DNA from: Prasinococcaceae sp. CCMP 1430
Taxonomy: Eukaryota; Plantae; Prasinodermophyta
Assembly (NCBI GenBank): GCA_013416795.1
Contig: RQSC01000027.1
Location: 652,416-716,415 of the forward strand
DNA length: 64,000 bases
Direction: 5' to 3'
The notes below the pieces were generated by a model. It was given only the letters and a program-made list of their open reading frames with translations. It made no database searches and was not told where the DNA came from. Positions within the stretch are counted from its first letter, which is position 1, and each line of letters starts with the position of its first letter. Made by a program: the position numbers and the translations under genes. Shown here piece by piece: positions 58,697 through 64,000 of this stretch.

Positions 58697-59578
58697 ATGG
58701 CGTCGCGCGCGGGCGGCGCTGTGAGGGCCGGCGCTGACTCTGCTGCCGCCCCTGCCGCGAACCTTCCGCGCGGCTGTGTTCCCGCCTGGACGTACCGCAC
58801 ACACCATCGCGCCCGCCCCCGCTGTGCGCCCCCGCCTGTGCAGATGCCGAAGCCGGTGCCGGAGTCCGTCCTCAAGAAGCGCAAGAGGAACGAGCAGTGG
58901 GCGGCCGACAAGCTCAAGGCCAAGGAGGCCACCCGCGCCAAGGCCAAGGCCGCTCGCGCGGACATCTTCAAGCGCGCCGAGTCGTACGTGAAGGAGTACC
59001 GCGCGCAGGAGGCTGACCTCATCCGCCTCAAGCGCGAGGCGCGCGCGAAGGGCGGCTTCTACGTGCCGGATGAGGCCAAGATCGTGTTCGTGATGCGCAT
59101 CCGCGGCCTCAACGACATGCACCCGAAGACCAAGAAGGTGCTGCAGATCCTGCGCCTGCGCCAGATCCACAACGGCGTGTTCCTCCGCGTGAACAAGCCG
59201 GTGATGAACATGCTGCGCATCGTGGAGCCGTACATCACCTACGGCTACCCCTCGCTGAAGACCGTGCGCGAGCTCATCTACAAGCGCGGCTACGGCAAGG
59301 TCGGCGCGGGCAAGCAGCGCATCCCGCTCACCGAGAACCAGATCATCGAGAAGGAGCTCGGTGAGAAGACCGAGGGCCGCATCATCTGCATTGAGGACGT
59401 CATCCACGAGATCTACACCGCGGGCCCGCACTTCAAGCAGGTGTCCAACTTCCTGTGGCCCTTCAAGCTGTCGGCGCCGCTGGGCGGCTACACCCAGAAG
59501 CGCACGCACTACATCGAGGGCGGCGAGGCCGGTCAGCGGGAGGAGGCGATCAACGCGCTGGTGCGCCGCATGAACTAA
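58697..59578 (+). CDS. RPL7: 60S ribosomal protein L7 (uL30)
   Basis: [66 protein letters not shown]. Probable 24-nt first exon with intron 58721-58843. Confidence 0.97.
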   Translation: MASRAGGAVRAGADSAAAPAANLPRGCVPAWTYRTHHRARPRCAPPPVQMPKPVPESVLKKRKRNEQWAADKLKAKEATRAKAKAARADIFKRAESYVKEYRAQEADLIRLKREARAKGGFYVPDEAKIVFVMRIRGLNDMHPKTKKVLQILRLRQIHNGVFLRVNKPVMNMLRIVEPYITYGYPSLKTVRELIYKRGYGKVGAGKQRIPLTENQIIEKELGEKTEGRIICIEDVIHEIYTAGPHFKQVSNFLWPFKLSAPLGGYTQKRTHYIEGGEAGQREEAINALVRRMN

Positions 59579-59798
59579 GCGGCTCGCGCGCGCGTCCTCG
59601 GGGTCGCCGACCCCGCCGGGCTGTGGGGGCTCGTGACAGCTCACACCGGCGAGCGGCAGGCGCCGCGCTGCCTGCTACTCGACCATTTAATCATTCTGCT
59701 GTCTCGTACCTCCCCCCCCCCCTCGCCCCTTTGGCGCGCAGGCGCGACTGCGGCGCCGCCGGGTGCGCGGCGAGGGGCGCGTAGCGTATTGTTACGGC

Positions 59799-62700
59799 CT
59801 AGGGCTTGAACGCCGCGCGCGCCTTGTCGAGGACGTCAGTCTTGATGCCCTTGTACGCGGGGAAAGTCTTGAGCACCTTGTGGGCAACGTTGACGGCGTC
59901 GACGTACCGCTTGGCCTTGAGGTAGTTCCAGCCCAGCTTGTAGCCAACCTGGGGGCTGGCCTGCGACGAGTACTTCCAGGCGTTCTCGTAGTGCTCGGCG
60001 GCATCGGCGTACGAGAGCTCCTTCTCCATGACGAGACCCATGTACTCCCAAGCCTGCGCGGAGCTCTTGTTGTACTTGAGCGCGCGCCGGCAGAGCTCCT
60101 GCGCCAGGTCGTACTTCCCTCCCTCGATGTGCACCTGCGCAAGCAGCAGCCATGCGCGCTCGAAGTTTTCCGCGTGCTTGACACTGTACGGCATCTTCTG
60201 GATGCGCTTGAGGAAGTTGCGGGCCTTCGGAAGCTGGCCGAGCAGTGCATGGGCGTTTCCGATGGCCAGCAGCACGCCCACGTCGTGCGCGTCCTCCTGA
60301 GCGTACTCGAGCAGGCGCTGCAGCGCCGCGCTCACGTCCGATTCGGTGCGGCGCGCCATGAGAGTCATCGCCTCCAGCACAACATGCTTCCCGCTTTTGC
60401 GCGCGGCCCCGCGCACCTCGAGCAGCAGGCGCTCTGCTGCCAGCAGCGCGCCCTCGTCGACTTCCTCGGCAGCAGGGTCTCCAAGCGCAGCGTCGAATGC
60501 TGAGAATGACCCGTCAGGATTGAGATAGATCATGACCATCAGGTATATGGCGTGCGTGCCCCACTCGCCATCTTGGCGAGCGGCATTGAGCTCCTTCAGC
60601 GCCTTGGCAGGGTCGTTCTGATATTGCGCGAGCAAGCCGCGCGCGTAGCGCAGGCCGCCCAGGCGCACGCCGCGCGGCGCGTTGCGCTCCGCAGAGGCGA
60701 TGACCTTAGGGGCCTCCTCCAGACGACCTGCGCGGTGGAGCGTCTGCACAAGGCTCACCAGCGCGCCGTGGTGTCCCGGTGATCGCTCGAGCAGCTGCTC
60801 GTAGTGGTAGACGGCCGTCTCGTAGTTCTCCTTCTGCAGCATGATCTCCGCCAGCATGAGCGAGCCCTCCTCGTCAGTGGCATTGACGCGCAGCAGCGCG
60901 GCGCACTGCGCCTGGCAGGAGTCGATGTCACCCTTCGCCAGGGACAGGCGCGCGCACGCGCGCAGCACACGCGGGCTGCCTTCCTGCCACTTCAGAGCCT
61001 CCTGGTAGCTCTGCAGTGCACCTGCAGTGTCGCGCAGTCGCTCGTGCTCTTGCCCCATGCAGTACAGGATGTCGCACATTCTCTCGCGTGCGGCGTCTGT
61101 CGCCTCCGACCCCGAACCTGACTCAGAGCGCAGCGCCTTCACCAGCTCGTCCTGTTCGCTCTGCGCCTGCTTGTAGTGTTCAAGCGCAGCGGACGCGCTG
61201 CCTGCGGCCTTGAGCATCTTGCCCATGGTGATGATCGTGGACACCCGCGTCTCGATAGACTTGGGGTCGCTGCCCTGCCCGACGCGGCCCATCAGGCCCT
61301 TGAGCGTTGCGTCGCACCGCTCGAAGCGGCCGAGCTTGGTGTAGAGCTCGGCGAGCTCGAGGTGCATCGACACTGCTCCCCCTTCGGCCCGGCAGGCGGC
61401 CTCGTAAAAGTCCACCGCGCGGCCATAGTCATGCGAGGCCACCAGCGCGCGCCCCACGCGGCTTGCGAGCCCCGCGTCGCGCGGTGCACGCTCGAGCGCG
61501 CGCTCGAATGCCGCGATGGCGCGCTCGGGCTCCTGCACGCGCATGAGGGCCTCGCCGAGCATGATGAATTGCGGCGCTTCAGGCTTGGCCTCAGCAATGT
61601 CCTCGTAGCACGAGCAGTACGCCTCGCGGTCGCGCTTGTGTTTGAGGTACACTTCGGCCATCGCCGCTCGAGCGCGTGCGTAAAACGGCGACGCCCGAGG
61701 GATGCCGCGAAGCATGCTGAGCGCGCTTTCCGGGTCACCCCTGTGCAATGACAGCTCGCAATTGGAAATGTGCACGCGCATCTCCTGCACTGTGCCTGCG
61801 AAGAGCGTCAACGCACCCTGTAGCACATCCGAGGCCTCGCCCAGCTTCCCCAGCGTGCCCAGCACGTCCGCGTGCAGGAGCAGCAGCGAGCAGCTTTCAC
61901 CCGCGCTCACCCCATCCGTGCCACCGCGCGCCACGCCGGGCACCAGCGTGGCCGCTTTGAGCACCCTGGCAGCCTCGTCGAATTGGCCGGACTCCTTGAG
62001 GACCTGTGCACGCACAAGGGCGTACTGAGGGGAGTCGCGCACAGAAAAGTCGTGCGAGAGCGCCTGCTCGAGCGCCGCGGCCGCCGCACGCGGCTTGCCC
62101 TGCGCGAGGGCCACGCGCGCGGCCAGCAGGTGGCTCCGTGCGTGGTTTGGGTTCAGTCGCAGGCATGTCGCGCACAGCGAGTGCGCCGCATCCAGCCTCC
62201 CCGCCAGAAAGGTCGCATTGCCCAGCGCTAGCTGTGCCGATAGCATGCCCGGCACGCTCTTGGAAACGACCTCGAGGAGAGAGATGGCCTTGCCCACGAG
62301 GGGGTCAACTGCCTCGGAGCCGGTGCGCGGCTCCGAGCCTGCGCCCTCGAGGTAGCACGCCGCCATCTCGAGCAGGAGGGCCGCGTCCAAGTCTGTGTAG
62401 TAGGCGTAGCCAGTTTGGCGCCCCCGCAGCGCACGGAGATGAAGACCCGCGGCTTCGTCGAGGCGCGCGGCCGCACCGCTCACATCTCCACCGCGTCGCC
62501 ACGCCAGCATGGCGCTGAGCAGCCCTGCACTGGTTGGCACAGCCCCAGCGCCATCTGTGCCATTGTCTACGCCCCCCCCGCCGAGACTGGCCTGCATTTC
62601 TTCCAGAAATTCGAGCTGCGACGCCGCGCTGTCCAGATCGCCGCGCTTGATCTGCACACGGATGGCGCCGAGCATGGCGTCGAAGTTCATCTCGTTCTCG

Positions 62701-63839
62701 ACGCCTGCCTGCGCATACAGCTCTGCTGCGCCGGCAAGGTCGCCGCTCAATTCGCGTAGGCGCGCCTGCTCGCACATGATCGGCGCACTGGTCGCGTCGA
62801 TCGCGCGCCCTTGCGCGACGATGCGCTCGCACACCTCGAGCACGCGCGGGTCGCCGCCAGCCAGACGCACGAATGGGCGCGCCACTGCGAGGTACAGCTG
62901 TGCGTTGCGTGGCTCGTTGCGTCGTAGCGCCTCTGCGAGCGCGCCCAAACGCGCCTCTGCCACCTCATATCCGCCCACGCGCACGAGCTGGTGCAGCGCG
63001 GACAATCGCAGCGCCTCGATGTTGTGCTTGTCCTGAGCGAGCACGCTGTCAGCCAGCTCTACCGCCTGCTCCCAGTCACCGCGCACCGAGAGCAGCCGCG
63101 CCTTCTCCGTGCGCGCAGGCATGAACCACTGGTGGTGCACCACAACGGCATTGAGGTGCTCGATTGCGGCTTCGTACTGCGAACGGCTCTCGCAGGAGCT
63201 CGCAAGGCCGAGTCGCGCTTCGAGATCCTGCGGGTTGACGTTCAGGACGGACTGGAAGTAGCTTGCGGCCGCCCCAGCATCGCCGTCGTTCTTGGCGCCG
63301 CCCGAGCCGCGCAGCGCCAGCCAGCCTTTGACGCATAGCGCCGTACGGCGGTTGGCCATCCCGCCGCCGTCGTTCTCGGCAGCGTCAAGGGCGCGGTCAG
63401 CGAGGTCGTTCGCCTTGTAGGTGTAGAGTTCGCTCTCCTGGTCCCTGGGGGCGTCGCGCGTGGCTCCCGGCACGCCCATCGCATAGTACACGGCCGCGGC
63501 CGTTGACAGCGCTTCTGTCCCGGCAGCCATCTCCTCGGCGTCGGCTCGCGACTCGAGCACGGCAATCGCATCGTCATCTTGCACGCGTGCGGCGCGGTGC
63601 GCCTGCACCGCGAGCGCGAGCGCGGCCAGTTCCGTCTGCCGCGCGGCCAGGCACGGCTCCAGCGCACGCAGCGCCTCCGAGGTGGCGCCCTCACGCACCA
63701 CGCCGAACGCACGCCACAGCGACAGCACCGCGTCGCCCGGTCGTTTCTTAAGCACCTCGGCGCACACCGTCTGCGGGTGGCGCGAGTAGCCGCCGCGCGC
63801 GTAGAAGCCCACGAGTGCAAGGATCTCGCTCGACGCCAT
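59799..63839 (-). CDS. IFT139: Intraflagellar transport complex A subunit IFT139/TTC21B, single 1346-aa exon
   Basis: All-TPR protein of the expected length. N-terminus VGFYARGGY..H; C-terminus KARNFLKRIQK, ERAWLLLA, YNKSSAQAWEYMG.VMEKE.SY.DAA..YE.AW, GYKL.WNYLKAKRYVDA. Confidence 0.9.
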   Translation of the reverse strand: MASSEILALVGFYARGGYSRHPQTVCAEVLKKRPGDAVLSLWRAFGVVREGATSEALRALEPCLAARQTELAALALAVQAHRAARVQDDDAIAVLESRADAEEMAAGTEALSTAAAVYYAMGVPGATRDAPRDQESELYTYKANDLADRALDAAENDGGGMANRRTALCVKGWLALRGSGGAKNDGDAGAAASYFQSVLNVNPQDLEARLGLASSCESRSQYEAAIEHLNAVVVHHQWFMPARTEKARLLSVRGDWEQAVELADSVLAQDKHNIEALRLSALHQLVRVGGYEVAEARLGALAEALRRNEPRNAQLYLAVARPFVRLAGGDPRVLEVCERIVAQGRAIDATSAPIMCEQARLRELSGDLAGAAELYAQAGVENEMNFDAMLGAIRVQIKRGDLDSAASQLEFLEEMQASLGGGGVDNGTDGAGAVPTSAGLLSAMLAWRRGGDVSGAAARLDEAAGLHLRALRGRQTGYAYYTDLDAALLLEMAACYLEGAGSEPRTGSEAVDPLVGKAISLLEVVSKSVPGMLSAQLALGNATFLAGRLDAAHSLCATCLRLNPNHARSHLLAARVALAQGKPRAAAAALEQALSHDFSVRDSPQYALVRAQVLKESGQFDEAARVLKAATLVPGVARGGTDGVSAGESCSLLLLHADVLGTLGKLGEASDVLQGALTLFAGTVQEMRVHISNCELSLHRGDPESALSMLRGIPRASPFYARARAAMAEVYLKHKRDREAYCSCYEDIAEAKPEAPQFIMLGEALMRVQEPERAIAAFERALERAPRDAGLASRVGRALVASHDYGRAVDFYEAACRAEGGAVSMHLELAELYTKLGRFERCDATLKGLMGRVGQGSDPKSIETRVSTIITMGKMLKAAGSASAALEHYKQAQSEQDELVKALRSESGSGSEATDAARERMCDILYCMGQEHERLRDTAGALQSYQEALKWQEGSPRVLRACARLSLAKGDIDSCQAQCAALLRVNATDEEGSLMLAEIMLQKENYETAVYHYEQLLERSPGHHGALVSLVQTLHRAGRLEEAPKVIASAERNAPRGVRLGGLRYARGLLAQYQNDPAKALKELNAARQDGEWGTHAIYLMVMIYLNPDGSFSAFDAALGDPAAEEVDEGALLAAERLLLEVRGAARKSGKHVVLEAMTLMARRTESDVSAALQRLLEYAQEDAHDVGVLLAIGNAHALLGQLPKARNFLKRIQKMPYSVKHAENFERAWLLLAQVHIEGGKYDLAQELCRRALKYNKSSAQAWEYMGLVMEKELSYADAAEHYENAWKYSSQASPQVGYKLGWNYLKAKRYVDAVNVAHKVLKTFPAYKGIKTDVLDKARAAFKP

Positions 63840-64000
63840 CGCGACCGGCCACGCGCGGGGCGGGACGGCCGCCCCCGGTCCCGATCCGGGCGCGGAATGC
63901 CCCCACCCACCACCCCACCCCCGTCACCGCCGAAACCGCGCGCGCACTTTCTCCAGGCCCCGACCCCCGTGCGCGCGCACGGGCGGAGCCCCCACGCCGC

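Overview
Gene-dense eukaryotic nuclear DNA, very GC-rich by eye (about 70%), with short GT-AG introns (donors mostly GTGCGY/GTGAG/GTACG, frequent GCTGAC branch-like motif) and several N gaps. A prasinophyte-type light-harvesting gene (Lhcp), plastid-related genes (FLU, CemA-like, LpxB-like) and a kynureninase-HAAO fusion point to an early-diverging green alga. Prasinoderma is my best guess; this is inference, not verified. About 30 protein-coding genes can be supported. Most notable: (1) a kynurenine-pathway locus, with a single-ORF KYNU-HAAO fusion divergent from an animal-type TDO that carries three N-terminal CPLG(Y/H)G motifs; (2) a single-ORF fusion of exosome subunit RRP45 with an ITPK4-type inositol phosphate kinase; (3) a thioredoxin/PDI-like selenoprotein (PW-UGA-GHC) missed by the ORF track, with a candidate SECIS; (4) a ~270 bp fragment that looks betaproteobacterial (Comamonadaceae-like) embedded in algal DNA; (5) a PIN/Asteroid-like nuclease fused to a degenerate SF2 helicase; (6) a full eEF2 kinase-like alpha-kinase lacking the canonical Zn ligands. 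All family assignments come from motif recognition by eye; no database searches were run.
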